DNA of 64,000 nucleotides from Camelus ferus (lineage: Eukaryota): the NCBI RefSeq assembly GCF_009834535.1, contig NC_045697.1, positions 58,902,001 through 58,966,000 of the forward strand, written 5' to 3'. Position numbers and translations under genes: made by a program. The number at the start of each line of letters is the position of its first letter. The stretch's first letter is position 1. The notes beneath the pieces are model-generated. The model had not been told where the DNA came from. It ran no database searches and worked only from the letters and a program-made list of their open reading frames with translations. Positions 12,941 through 26,705 of this stretch are shown in pieces.

Positions 12941-15900
12941 ATACTTCATATACACGTAAGGAATCTTTCGCTAGTATGAAGGTGACTATGGGTTGAATGA
13001 AGTGAGATGAAGTTCTAGAATATGGCTCTCTCTATATATATATTGAAATAGTCAAAGGGACTTCAGATTGAGAGAATCATGGTATTAACAGAAGGTCTTC
13101 ATTATCTTCACTTCTGCATAATTACTAGCTGGCATCATACATCTTTTGGTATATCTGAATAGATACAAATGACCCATTTTTATTCATGCTTGTTTTTAGT
13201 GAGTGAAGGGTAGGACCACCAGACTTCATCAGGCAAAGTAACCCAGGAATGATGATCTTGGAGGTTCTTAGGAGCCAAGAAAGTGCGTCTTAAATTATAT
13301 AAAAAGTTGAAAACAATCAGGAAAACATAGAAAATAAAAGCTATCTGCCAAATAAAGTTCTGAAAAGATTTCAATATCTACCAATTTAATTTCAAACAGC
13401 ATAACTCTTTAATTCTGTAAATAATTTTTCCAAAAAGGAAACCCAGACTACTCGGAATGTTACCAAGAAGAAGCAAATATGTCTTCAAAGCAGGATTATT
13501 TGTGACTTTATCATACTTATTTTAAATTTAAAATCAAATTAATAATCAACCAAGCTAACCTCAAGTATTTCTAATATTTGTTCAATTTTTATTATCTACA
13601 GAGGTAGTATGACTGTGGTAGACTAGTAGTACATTGTGTTACTTCCTTTTTGACAATTTTATAATAGAAATTAACTAAGTACTTCATGATTAACAACCAT
13701 GACAATATATTATATCTAGTGTAAGTATGTGTTATAAGTGAAGTTCCAGAATTTGATATAAAGCCAAAATAATCACGTCTTCTACAAAATTCTAAAATAT
13801 ATTATTATCAATGCAGATAGCACTACAATTGAGACTGGTGAAAAAGTTATTTCCATAGCTGAGAACAGTGAACTTTCCCCGAAAAATTAGATGGCCAGAA
13901 TCATATTAAGCTACAGTACGGGTTTAGGGGCTGAACTGGGGATAGGGGGAGAATCTCATTTCTTAACACTAGTTCCCTGAAAACTATGACAGTTACTAAG
14001 AACAGACTTAAAAATAAAGCCTAGAATAGGAAAGCTACAAAAATTGAGGTAGTAATGTCAAATTCATTCTATTCCAACTCCTTCAGGCGGAAAAAAAAAA
14101 CACACATCTACTTGCACTTTCTTTGAAGGCTATCCAAAACCAAGAGGAATGCAGGGGAAGCTAAATCTCATTATGAGTGAGGTTCTTCTACAGACTTTCA
14201 CTATGGTTTAGTTATCATGACTGGCCAGTCCCACTCATCTCTTTCATATAAACAATTGAGTTGAAACCCTTGATATCCACATTTAAAAAAAAATTCAATA
14301 AGTCTCTTTTTCAAAAGAAGTTTAAACAAGTATTAATAAGAACAAGATTACCATAAAATACTGTAATTTTTAAAAAATGTATACCAGACAAGGTCTCAAA
14401 ATAATTCTTTCAGAATCTCCTGCAAAGGACATCTACATACTTTAAATATCTTGTTCTTGAGATTATGAAAGACAATACATTTCTGTGATTCATAAAGTAT
14501 CACAAGATAACTTTGCTATATTTCATTCCTTGTAGTTAGTGTATCGGTAGTAACCAGGCAGGAGAGAAAATACACGTTTTGAAATTATCTCATCTCAATC
14601 GGGTACACCTGGATAGGTCTCAAATTAAACATCTTCTTTAATGGCCCATTATGAAGTATCAATGCCTAAAATACCCAAAGGGAGTCAGGGACCATTACTG
14701 CCAAGGGAGAGTTTCTAAGGTTGTAGCTTATGATGCAATATTTCTGCTGTAACTTTAGTCTGACTGGGAGTTTATTTAAGTACATTTTTTATAGTTTTAA
14801 AATCAATAGCTAACACAGTAAGGTTTAGCATAACCCAAAGATACAGATTAAAAATATTAATGTATCAATGCATCTTTACAGTAATGCTCTGATAATTAGC
14901 ATTTATAGATAGCTACCAAATTATGAAATGGGTCATTTTATAAAACTTAACTTTAAAGATAGCTGCTTAGACCCCAAAGGATATTCTTCATGGGGAAGAA
15001 AAAAATACTAAAGTAAATTTAATCTTTATAGTAAAATGTATATAATTTAGTAGAAATAATAAGCATCATAACATCTATTCTTCAGGAGCTATAAAAATAA
15101 GTATAACATAGAGACACTGGCATTCTTGCTGTAGGACAAAGATGTCTCTTTTTACATCAAAAACATCTCAGCTTCTAGGGTTTTAACTGGTAGGCAGAAT
15201 GGCAAACCTGAAGTAAGGTGAAATCAGAATAAAACCATCTTTTTGCTCCATTCATCTTGTTTCTGTTAGTCCTATCACCATAGAAACTGACCTGGAGTAC
15301 CATTAAAAAACAAACAAACAAACAAAAAAACTAAAAAGCATCAATTAGGGCCGTGAATAAGTAAGTGAAAGGTTGTGAGAAAACGAAATATAAGGAAAAC
15401 AGAAAGAAAAAGGAAAAAAGAGAATTTTCTAATGACAGTACCTGAATGGAAAAGGAATCGCTAAACAGGTTTGGCTAATACATTTATATGCAGGATAATA
15501 AAGGATGTATTTAGAGAAGGAACATAGAAGTCAGGCCCTATTTGGATTCCTATAATTAAGGAATTTTATAACCACTTATTATACTTAGTTATTAATATAC
15601 TAATTTATTCAATCATATACAATATATAATTTATATAAATGTACATATAACTACAATGATAATGGATCATTTTTATCATACCATTCATATTTTTATCCAG
15701 TAAATATTGCAGCTCAAAATTTTTGTGATTTTACTAACCTAGTACAACATGAGAATGTTTATGAATACGTAATTTAAAGTTATCAATTGTTATTTTTCAG
15801 TATACCTTCGGTATATTTGGTATATTTTATAATGGTAAAAATAAGTGGCACTTCAAATCATATAATGTCAAGCACTTATTTAAAAAATTACACTCAGTAA

Positions 15901-17558
15901 CTCCTAAAGATATCTATACAAATAATAGTACATGTTTTTGATGTAGAAAGACAATTAAACCAATAAAAAACAGTGACAGCTAAGATAACTGTAAAACAAA
16001 CAAGCAAACAGAAAGGATTCTTGGTTACTGGGAAGAATAACGAAGTCATTTTTTGTTGTTGAAAACGAAGAGCCTCATGACGAAATGTGAACGTGTATGA
16101 AGAGCTACCACAGGGCGGCACATATCGCACCTGGAGGCCCTTATGCTGTGCCCTCTGGGCATTTATACTTTTAAAAGTGTTAAAAAAAAAAAAAAAAGGA
16201 TACATCAATGAAATCATCTGAGTGATTTGAGCAAGATACTATTCTATAAGGAGCTATAAGGTGACTTTGAAAGAATTTCCCATTAAGTAATAGGATATGT
16301 AACATAATTATCACCAAGTTATATTTAAATTAATTTAGGCCAAACAGCAATCCATTCTACACAGAGACTATGCAACTGAAAAGCATAAGGAAAGAAAACT
16401 TGAAAAAGAGCAGCACAAAGTGGCTGTCCAAAATTATTTTGACAAAGATTATTATTTAAGATAAATGCCTGTTAGAAGCTTTTCTCATAAAATTTAATTT
16501 TCTTAATAATTAAGAATCTAAAGTAGTTTAATGGCTATTTGTTTAGAGATACCACTGTGTTGATCCTCATAAAAAAGTCCTTTTTCTCTGGCTTTGGTAA
16601 AAATATCTTTGAGTTATGTAGTTTAAAAATTGCATTGACATTCCAGTACATAAATCATTTCTTTGTTCAGTCCTTTCTCTGCAGAACAGTGATGATTCAC
16701 AAGGACAATTCAGGAGCACCTAGGTTTTAAAGTAACCAAAATTGGCAAATTGTACAAAAAGATATATAGTGTCATTGTTCAACACTTGGCTCTAACTAGA
16801 AATAAAGTAAAGGGAACCACAGATCGACTGTGATGGAAAATCCATCAGAAACAACCAAGCTGGTGGATTATTATACACAACGATATCTGAATCCTTTTAA
16901 CTAACATTTTATTTAAATATTCTAATATATTTTGCAATGATAGCAGATAAAAAGCCAAAACAGTTAACTACCTACTGTAGAAGATGCTAAAACATCTTAA
17001 GGTTAAAAACATTTCTTTAAAGCAATAATTATATTTGTGCTAATTTTGGAGGAGTTAATTTTTTATGGGTGAATTACAACAATTACAAATCTTTCATCTT
17101 TTTTTAGAATCAACAGTTATTTATGTTTTCTGGTTTTGCTTTTTCTGGCATATCTGTGATTACTGAACAAGATACAGTTGAAAGCATCCCAAAGATTATT
17201 TATCCTTGCATTTTAGACATTGATTTATTTTTTAGTGATTTTTCAAAGTAAGGTATTCCCTGAAATATCTCAAAAAATTGCATTCCCAAAGAAATATAGT
17301 CTTGCTTTTATGAAGATATACCATTACAGTAATTTTTAATGCTATGCATAAATATGACAGTTTAAACAGAAAGATTACATCCTTTACTTTTTTCCTTAAA
17401 ACTGTTAAAATAAAATAAAGATAATTATTTTTCTCTGTGAAAGAATAAGATTATTTCATCACCTAAAATAATGTCCTTTTAAAAAGAATTTCTTCTTTTT
17501 TTTATGATATGTCTTATTTTTCACCTTTAATGAAAATGTATACTCTAATATGTGGTTT

Positions 17559-17966
17559 TTCCAGTTACAAAATAAATGAGTCACAAGGATAAAATGTACA
17601 GAGTGGGAAATACAGTCAACAACAATGTAATGTTTTTATATGGTGACAAAGGTTGTCAAAAGGTACAGACTTCCAGTTATAAGATAACTAAATACTAGGG
17701 ATATAATGGACAACATGATCAATATAATTAACACTGCTCTGTATTGTATATGAAAGTTTTTAAGAGAGTAAATACTAAGATTTTTCATTGCAAGGAAAAC
17801 ATTTTTCTTTTTCTTTTATTTTGTATCTGTATAAGATGATAGGTGTTCACTAATTTAATGTGGTAATTATTTCATGATGTATGTAAGTCAAATCATTATA
17901 CTGCACACCTTAAACTTATATGGTACTATATGTCAATCATATCTCAACAAAACTGGAAGGAAAAAA
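17559..17966 (+). mobile_element. Old L1 3'UTR (L1MA9-like) preceded by a second short L1 3'UTR piece
   Basis: aaaggtacagacttccagttataagata...caccttaaacttata...tatgtcaatcatatctcaacaaaactggaaggaaaaaa is a classic L1MA terminus. Confidence 0.85.
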
Positions 17967-20900
17967 TATAAACATAGATAAATGTATTTTCTCTCAAACT
18001 TCCCCATGGTCTTGACAAAGGAACCTAACTGATATATAAAATGCCAAGTATTCCTAACATGAAAGTCTTAATGGATTAATTTTATTTAATGGCTTTCCAT
18101 AATCTTGTCATTTTTTAAAATTCTAATAACTGCATCAGTTTTGCCCACATGCAGGGCATGAGTATTTCTGGTGGGTGTTATTCACCTACTGAAGTTCAGT
18201 ATTGCCAAAGTCCATCTTCCTCCAGGTCCCTCAACACACCTGAAGCAGCTGAGAAAACCAAGGTCTACCCAGTGGCAACACTGATCAGCACACACTATCT
18301 TGTTTTTCCTCTTCTTCCCTTTTTCATTGCTATTCTTTAATATATTCATTGTAAAAAGAAAACTTTGCAATCACCAAGCCACTTTTGTCAGAATGAAGAA
18401 ATGCCTGAAATCTTTTAATTTGATTAAATCTCATCACTGAGCTTACGACTATTTATGAATCAGATCACTGACCATTATATAGTTTCAGATTCTAGCTGTC
18501 AGAAATAAATGTGCCTTATCAAAGTCAATATATTACTAGAGGTGTGTTAAATACATTTTAATTTTTTAATTGTATATAAAGTATCCATATTGACCATTAT
18601 AAACTGTTCAGGTGTAAAGTTAATGACTTCAAAGTAATTCATTATAATTTAAAATTAAGACATCTTCATTCTTGGAATGTAACAATGTTAATTTTTTAAA
18701 AAGGAAAAATTATATCATTGGGAACAATATTAATGTGGACCTCAAATTTTAAAATATTATGTAAACAGATATGGTAATTTCACCTCTGATATACACGTTT
18801 CCAGTGAATTTATACTATATTTTTACCCCTCAAATTTCCTTAATCACCTTAAGGAAGAATTATGCACCATGTTATATTCCCCAGTGGTGGGCTCAGTAAA
18901 TAGTTTTTGATTTAAATCTTCTCCAATGTCCTAAACTTTTTAATAGTTACTTATAATAAAAATATTTTTTAAAACTTTCCAACATAGACCTCCCTTTAAG
19001 ATTCAGGCCTATCCAGTCAGTAGAAAGAATGATACCCTACATTCTATATTTTTTACAGATTTCAGGAATGCTTTATGGTTCTAATGTACTATCCACCAAG
19101 GAATTCCATAGGAAGGGGGAAAAAAACGTTAAGAATTAAGATGTCAAAGACGCATCTTCTTGACAATTCTGTCTAGAGTTAATCTGCTAATAACTAATAT
19201 TAAAAAAAAAAAGAAAAAGGAAAAACCTTTGTCAGTTCAGCTGAAATACAGCAACCGTGTCTACCAAACAACAAAAATACATTATTTCCTATGTGACATG
19301 TTATAGAAAGAAAAGAGGTTTTTAAAAGTATGTCTATACATTTGTTTCCTTCATCATGGAAACATAGTATTACTTTATTATTTTATTATTTCACATGAAC
19401 ATAAATAAACCATACACACGTGCACACACAGGCACATTTAAAAATTTTAGATAGAAAGGGATGTATTATTACAAATCAATAGTTAAGGGCAAATTTGCTG
19501 AAGACTGCCAGTAAACATCAAACTGTAAAACGTCTTCATCATCCAGATCCAAGATAGAGATATAGCAATGATTCTCTTTATCTCAAATAGAAAGAGTCAA
19601 ATACACTGATTCCCTAAATTTTTCGGAGATTCAGAAATGAAGATATATAGCAGACACCAAAATGAAATGTGATTGGCAATCTGGAGAACATCAGTGTTTC
19701 CAGGGATTAAAACAGTTAATGTAATGGAAAATTTTCTTTGAATGCTAAGGAGTATTAAAAAAAATACATTTCAGACATGATTAAACAAAAGCATCCATTA
19801 GCTCCTCTCAGATGTGACTCCACTATGTTTCCTTCTTTTTTCTTCTCTTTTGCTTTAACTTACAGTGGTCCAGCCAAGAAAGCAAAGGATCACTAATACC
19901 GTTACCAGAACACCCTGCTATCAGTGCAGATGCTTTTATACAAACAGGTTTCTCAATGTGAGCCTGTGTATCTCAAAATTACCTAGGAGATACTAAGTTA
20001 TCTGGAAAGAAATGTAGCATTAATCCTTTTAGCATAGAGTTCATCCTAGACACTGATAAAAATTACTCTGACATAGATCAACATCTTATTGGCTTTGGGA
20101 GATTCTATTCCAAATGAAGTAATTATTATTTTATGCTCTATTCTCCAAGAAAATGTATAAGGAAATAAAATTGAAACATGTGACTCAAGACATTTTATGA
20201 AGAAATTAATTAAATAGTTTAATATATGTAAAAAGTACACAGTCCATATTTGGGTAATTATGGCATGTCAGAACTAAGGAAAACTCTTAAAATCATCAAA
20301 TTCAAGCCTTTTTTAAGAGGAGAAAAGTAATGCATTAAATATTAAAAACTGACTAGTTTTTTATGACTACTCTATTACTAGTATATTTTTGCACCAAAAT
20401 AATCAAAGCTTTAAAAAAAATAGAAAAAGGACCATAATATTAAGGCAGAAAGTAGTAACTCCAATCCCAAAACATACTCCAAGATACATTTTAAATTATG
20501 CATAGACTTTTCAATGCCTTAGGTCAAGTAAGGAGGAGATAATGTTGTATACTTACCTAAGCTCTCAGCATCCTACCCCTGCACACTCTTGGTACCGGGA
20601 CATATTTGCCAAATGTCTTAGGGAAGTTAAAGAAAATGTAAAATACTGTTGGGAAGGAAATTTCTGCTCATAGGGAATGAAAGGGTACAAACTTTTGATT
20701 TCACACATTTTTCGTATCAGGCAGTTTTGTCCAGAGAATTCACTGGTTCATGGAAAATTAATACCTTTACAAAAAAGATAGTAGGCCTTTTTGGTTCAAT
20801 TCTTTGTTATAATTTTTGATGTGGGTTATTGCTATCTTAAAGTATCACTATTTTTAGAAAGTAAATGCTACCACAGCTTAATAATAACAAAACAGAAATG

Positions 20901-23609
20901 ACCACCACAACAAAGCTTGACCATACTGCCAGATAAAAATTCTGGCCATGAATATTCTAACATAACAATGAGGACTCTCATTAATTTATCCAGTGCAGTT
21001 GACTTTTTTGACTTTATATTATTTGTGTGGAGACCCAAACTATAGTCGAAATTAGTTTAGATATAGTGAACCAAAAATTACTGAAAAGCTATGAAAGAAA
21101 GATTTTTTTAAAATTATGTATCAGACGTATTACTATATAATTCTTTTTTTCCAAACCACAAAGAATAAGTTTCGGTACAATATCTTTTCATTTATTTCTG
21201 TATATTTCTTCGGTGTTTTTCCATGAACTGAGTTCAAGTCTTTTATTGAATAAATAAATAAAATAGGAAGTATAAGGTGGGACAGAAGATTGCTAACAAT
21301 AACAATTACCCTTATAAACTACTGATATGAAGAATATTTGCTGAATACTTGATTATGGTAGCTTAGGTTAGAAAGAATACTTAATTAGAGATGAATTAGC
21401 CCGGAGGTAAAATAGTAGCTATTGGGCAAGAGAAAATCTAACTTACAAATACAATGATGAATATTAGAAGTTATGACCCCAACCTGAACACAGCCTGAAA
21501 AAGTGCCCCTGGGCCAAGACAAATTGTAATGTTGCTAATCCATCCACATTTTTCTGAGAAGCCACTTAATCTTTTAAGAGCAAAGTCTAAATTATTAACT
21601 AAAACACTTGTGTAACATCATGTACTTTTTGAAATTAAAGGTTGTCATTTTTTCATCAATGAATGATCTACAGATTTGCTTCACAATGAATAAGATGATG
21701 TCTATAGATTTCAACACTAAATGCACATAGTCTATAAATCTACTGAGGTAATAGAATTTAGAAGTTTCATTTATCCCTGATTTAATATTCTTGAATTAAA
21801 GTTTAAATCCTTGAAATATTATCAAGTCTCCTTAGAAATTGCTATGGTTGTAGCAGTTAACACAAGATCTTCGCAAGTATTTCGACAAAACAAAGAAAAT
21901 GTAAGATATATTTTATGAATATTAATCAAGACCCACACTTGGTAGACATAATTCATCACTGTTACCAAAAAAAAAAAAAAAAAAATCAGAGTGGCTTTGC
22001 TAACATTTCCCAAATCCACTTTTAAAATACACCTTTATAGAAAATATCTTCCGTTAGCACTGTTTCTTATGTACTTCCAAAAAGATCTAGTACCATGGAG
22101 ACTAAGCGGGACTGAAAGAAAAGAAACTATAAATCTTTGTCACTTTCAGAAACGAGCTCTGAATTCAATCAGAATCGACCATAATTTTTTCTTTTGGCTG
22201 AGGTAACATAGCAGTTTTGTTAACAGTATCTCAACTTTTTTCATCTCCTCCAAGTTCCGATAAAGCATGCTTAAAATTTCATGATTCAAACAAATATCAC
22301 TATTTTTTACATAGAGGATTAAGGGACCCTGTGGCATGTGACATGCGAGAAATAGTACTATAGAACAAATCAGTAATAAACAAAGAAGGACAAGGAAATT
22401 CTTTTCAGAATCTTCAATTACAGCACAGTGGAAAGATATTTATTTCACATTTTCCACCACATTCTAAAATAGTTTGTTAGATTCATCTAAAATAGTTTAA
22501 TTGATCTTTATGAAGCCCACAGTTCTTTGGTGAGAGATTTATCATTTTAAATTAAAAACGTAACTTTGTGTAATTGGGCAATAGTGATTTAATGAGAATT
22601 GGACAGTAATTTACATTAATTTAACCAGCAACGAAATCTGTGGGGGCAAATGATTGACCTTTGGAGGAGATATACTACATTTGTAAAACAGATGAATTAC
22701 AATAGCACTCAAGTGAAATATATGTATGTTTTAGATACTAAAGAGCTGGTAATTCCTTAGTGCTAAAGCTTTGAGATACGTAGGTCTTTCCCTGTTAATA
22801 AAATCTATTATGGTGTTGATGAAGTTAAAGTTAACATATCCATTACTGTTTATGTGAAAAAAAAAATTATATAAGAAACACAATAAGAACATTTCTCATT
22901 TTTTGTTTATTTTGCTATTTGAAGTGTTCTCACTGATACTTCTTGTTAGACAAATTTTAGCATGTTCACCCTCAAAAAATTATGAACAGTTTTGGGCAAT
23001 GGTATCACATTGGTTCTATGAATTTGGCAACTAATAATATCCTATAAAACCTCCGTATGCAACAAATAATGTCAATAAATAAATTATCTCAGTGTCCTAA
23101 AAGTGCTACTTAACACAACTCTCACTGAGATGTGTTTGTTACTTGTCCTTAACTTTTAGAGCTCATCTGGCAGGAAGACAGAACAACGCCTCCCACAGAA
23201 AAGACTCTGATGTATTGTTCTTGCTGTGATTCACAAAAGGTGATAGGATCTTCACATTCTTTTGTTTGCCCTATTTAGAAGGTGTTCATATAAGACAACT
23301 GCACCTAAATGGCAAGACTACATCTTGAATATTTCAGATGGGCTTTGTACAAGTTGTCCTAACATTCTTATTGTATGCCAGAACTCACTCTTGTAAAATA
23401 CTGTCTGTGGGCTACATTGTAAAAATAAAGAATTAAGCATGAGTTCCCTAATCATCTACATCGTCAATCCATTTGTTAACCTCTTCATCACAAAATAAGC
23501 CCTACTCCTATAACATTCATGGATTGCTTTCCTTGATAATTCCTCAAAATGCCTATTCAAGATTCTATCACAAGGCCAAGAATACTTTATTACTCTCTTG
23601 GTTCACATG

Positions 23610-23750
23610 TGTGCAACTCCTGGCTCAAAATAAGACCCAAAAGGACAATGTCATATTTTATTTATTTTTACATTCCCATCAACTGGCACAAGGCTTGGCA
23701 ACTCATAGAAGGTCAATAAATTTCTTCTTCACTAAATTGTAATTGAACAA
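23610..23750 (+). mobile_element. L2 3' end fragment
   Basis: ctggcacaaggcttggcaactcatagaaggtcaataaat...gaa. Confidence 0.55.
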
Positions 23751-23959
23751 ACCAATGATTAAGGTTCCAAACAACAGAGAATTAGAAGTTAGGACAAACA
23801 GAAAATGACTGAAAATTTTTCTTCTTAAATAAAAGTAGTTAATAATAAGGTTTGATACGTATTAAGCTCTTAGCACATCTTATGCCCTATTGTAAACATT
23901 ACTTACATTTTGGGTTTCTCTTTGTTTCTTCCTTCATTTATGTCTTGTACAGTCTGGAA

Positions 23960-24092
23960 ATACACCCATTTTACATATGGAAAAGCTGAGCCACCCAAAA
24001 ATCTAAGGAACTTGCTCAAATACATGTCACCAAAATAAGAAGTGCTAGAGCCAGGATTTAGTGTAGTGCCTGCTCTTAGCCATATACCCCAG
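23960..24092 (-). mobile_element. MIR SINE fragment
   Basis: cccattttacatatggaaaagctgag...aacttgctcaa...gctagagccaggattta. Confidence 0.75.
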
Positions 24093-24619
24093 CCTCTGAT
24101 GATGGGAGATGGAAAAGCTGCTTTCATTCACCCACCAGACCCTTGCCCTGTGTTTGCTTTGCTCCCGGTACTGAACAAAGTATCTAGGGTACAAAGGTGA
24201 ACAAGGAAAGGGCTCCTTTTTACTCCTGGTCTCCATCCTTCTCAGAAATATATGAAAGTCTCTCATGCTTAAAAAATATACATACATTTAAACACATACA
24301 AAGAAGTGTCCTGTTCATACCGCTGCCAAAATTTTCACCTTAGCAGCCAGTAAATGTCAACTCCATTAACCTCACAGCCACATCAGTCTCTAATTACTTC
24401 CAGCCCAGGTTCTGTCTCCCTCATTCAGTGAAAATTCTCTCAAAAAATCCCCTACTGCTTTATTAAAATTTTTAAACCCCGAGACCTCTTCATAGTTTTC
24501 AATCTATTTAATTTATCTGTAGCACTGTTGACCCTTATACTAATCAGATTTCTTGGCTCCTAAAATTCAATTGTATGCAAAAGAGAAACAGAAATAGCAC
24601 CAAATAACAAAACCTGAGG

Positions 24620-24765
24620 TATAATTGAGCCTAATACCTCACTATACAAATGGGAAACCTATGGCCTAAAGAAGATAAGTAAATTATCTCAGTGTCGTAT
24701 CTTAAGTTAGACACAGAGCTGTGGTTAAAAACTGAGGCTACCTTTCCAAAGTCCATCAATACTTT
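24620..24765 (-). mobile_element. MIR-family fragment
   Basis: atacaaatgggaaacctatggcctaaagaagataagtaaattatctcagtgtc...agttag...cagagctg. Confidence 0.55.
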
Positions 24766-24783
24766 CTTCAGTGTAGATTTTTC

Positions 24784-25892
24784 CTTTTTTAAAAAAATTA
24801 AAGTATAGTTGGTTTACAATTTTGTGTTAGTTTCTGGTGTACAGCGTAACGATTCAGATATAGATATAGATATAGATATAGATATAGATATAGATATATA
24901 GATATTCCTTTTCATTTTCTTTTTCATTATAGGCTATTCCAAGATACTGAATACAGTTTCCTGCACTATACAGTAGGACATTGCTGTTTACCTATTTTAT
25001 ACATAGTAGTTAGTATCTGCAAATCCTGAACTCTCACTTTATCCCTCCACACCTCCTTCTTCCCCCTGGTAGCTATAAGTTTGTTTTCTATGTCTGTGAA
25101 TCTGTTTCTGTTTTGTAAGTAAGTTCATTCGTATTTTTTTTTAGATTCCACATATAAGTGGTATCATATGGTTTCTTTCTCTCTCTGGCTTACTTCACTT
25201 AGTATGACAATCTCCAGGTCCATCTATGTTGCTGAAAATGGCCTTATTTTATTCATTTTTTATAGCTGAGTAGTATTCCATTGTATAAATATATCACAGC
25301 TTCTTTATCCAGTCATCTGTCCATGGATATTTAGGTTGCTTCCATGTCTTGGCTGTTGTAAACAGTGCTGCTATGAACACTGGAGTGCATGTGTCCTTCT
25401 GAATTAGAGTTTCCTGTGGATATAAGCCCAGGAGAGGGATGGCTGGATCACAGGGTAAGTCTGTTTTTAGTATTTTGAGGAATCTCCATACTGTTTTCCA
25501 TAATGGCTGCACCAAATTACATTCCCACCAATAGTATAGGAGGGCTCCCTTTTCTCCACACCCTCTTCAACACTTACGCCTTCTGGACTTTTAATGATGG
25601 CCATTCTGATGTGTGTGAGGTGACACTTCATTGTAGTTTTAATTTGCACTTCTCTGATAATTAGCTATATTGAGCATTTTTTTCATGTGCCTATTGGTCA
25701 CTGGTATGTCTTCATTAGAAAAATGTTTGTTTAGGTCTTCTGCCCATTTTTTGATTGGGTTGTTTGTCTTTTTGTTATTGAGTTGTATGAGCTGTTTGTA
25801 TATTCTGTAAATCAAGCTCTTGTCTGTCACATCATTTGCAAATATTTTCTCCTGTTTTGCATGTTGTCTTTTTGTTTTGTTTATAGTTTCCT
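24784..25892 (-). mobile_element. LINE-1 3' portion (ORF2 C-terminus plus 3'UTR); non-inverted part of a 5'-inverted insertion
   Basis: Minus-strand ORFs 25294-25830 give L1 ORF2 peptides ([37 protein letters not shown]). A T-rich tail lies at the left end. Confidence 0.95.
24856..24905. repeat. (AGATAT)n hexamer microsatellite inside the L1 3'UTR
   Basis: agatatagatatagatat... about 8 units, directly visible. Confidence 0.9.
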
Positions 25893-26653
25893 ATCACATC
25901 AAAAAAAGTAATAAAATACTTAGGAATAAACATGACCAAGGACGTGAAAGACTTATACAGAGAGAATTATAAAACACTGATTAAGGAAATTAAAGATGAC
26001 TCAAAGAAATGGAAGAATATTCCATGTTCTTGGATTGGAAGAATTGATATTGTTAAAATGGTCATACTACCCAAAGCAATCTACAGATTTAATGTGATCC
26101 CTATCAAATTATCTAGGACATCTTTCACAGAACTAGAACAAATAATCCTAAAATTTAAATGGAATCAAAAATACCCAGAATTGCCAAAGCAATTCTGAAG
26201 AAAACAATGAAGCTAAAGGAATAACCCTCCCCAACTTCAGACAATACAGTAATCAAAATAGCACAGTATTGGCACAAAAATAGACATATGGATCAATGGA
26301 ACAGAATAGAGAGCCCAGAAATGAACCAACACACTACGGTCAATTAATCTTTCACAAAGGAGACAGGAATATACAATGGAGAAAACTGTTTCTTCAGCAA
26401 GTGGTGTTGGGAAAGCTGGACAGCTACATGTAAATCAATAAGGTTAGACACTCCCTCACACCATACACAAAAATAAACTCAAAATGGCTTAAAGACTTAA
26501 ATCTAAGACAAGAAACTATAAACCTCCTAAAAGAAAACATAGGCAAAACATTCTCTGGCATAAATCTTAGCAATGTTCTCCTAGGGCAATCTATCCAGGC
26601 CATAAAAATAAACAAACAGGACCTAACTAAACTTTAAAGCTTTTGCAAAGCAA
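25893..26653 (+). mobile_element. Inverted LINE-1 ORF2 segment (5' inversion of the same insertion)
   Basis: Plus-strand ORF 25932-26198 ([41 protein letters not shown]) is L1 ORF2p just downstream of the RT core. Confidence 0.95.
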
Positions 26654-26705
26654 TGCAGATCTTTCTTTGTACTTCTACCAAATCTATATCTCAGGCTTTA
26701 ATATC

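Noticed and set aside
23080..24696. 17-bp exact repeat taaattatctcagtgtc at 23080 and 24680
   Set aside because: About one such match is plausible by chance in 64 kb of AT-rich DNA; one copy lies within a MIR, and no single element lies between them.
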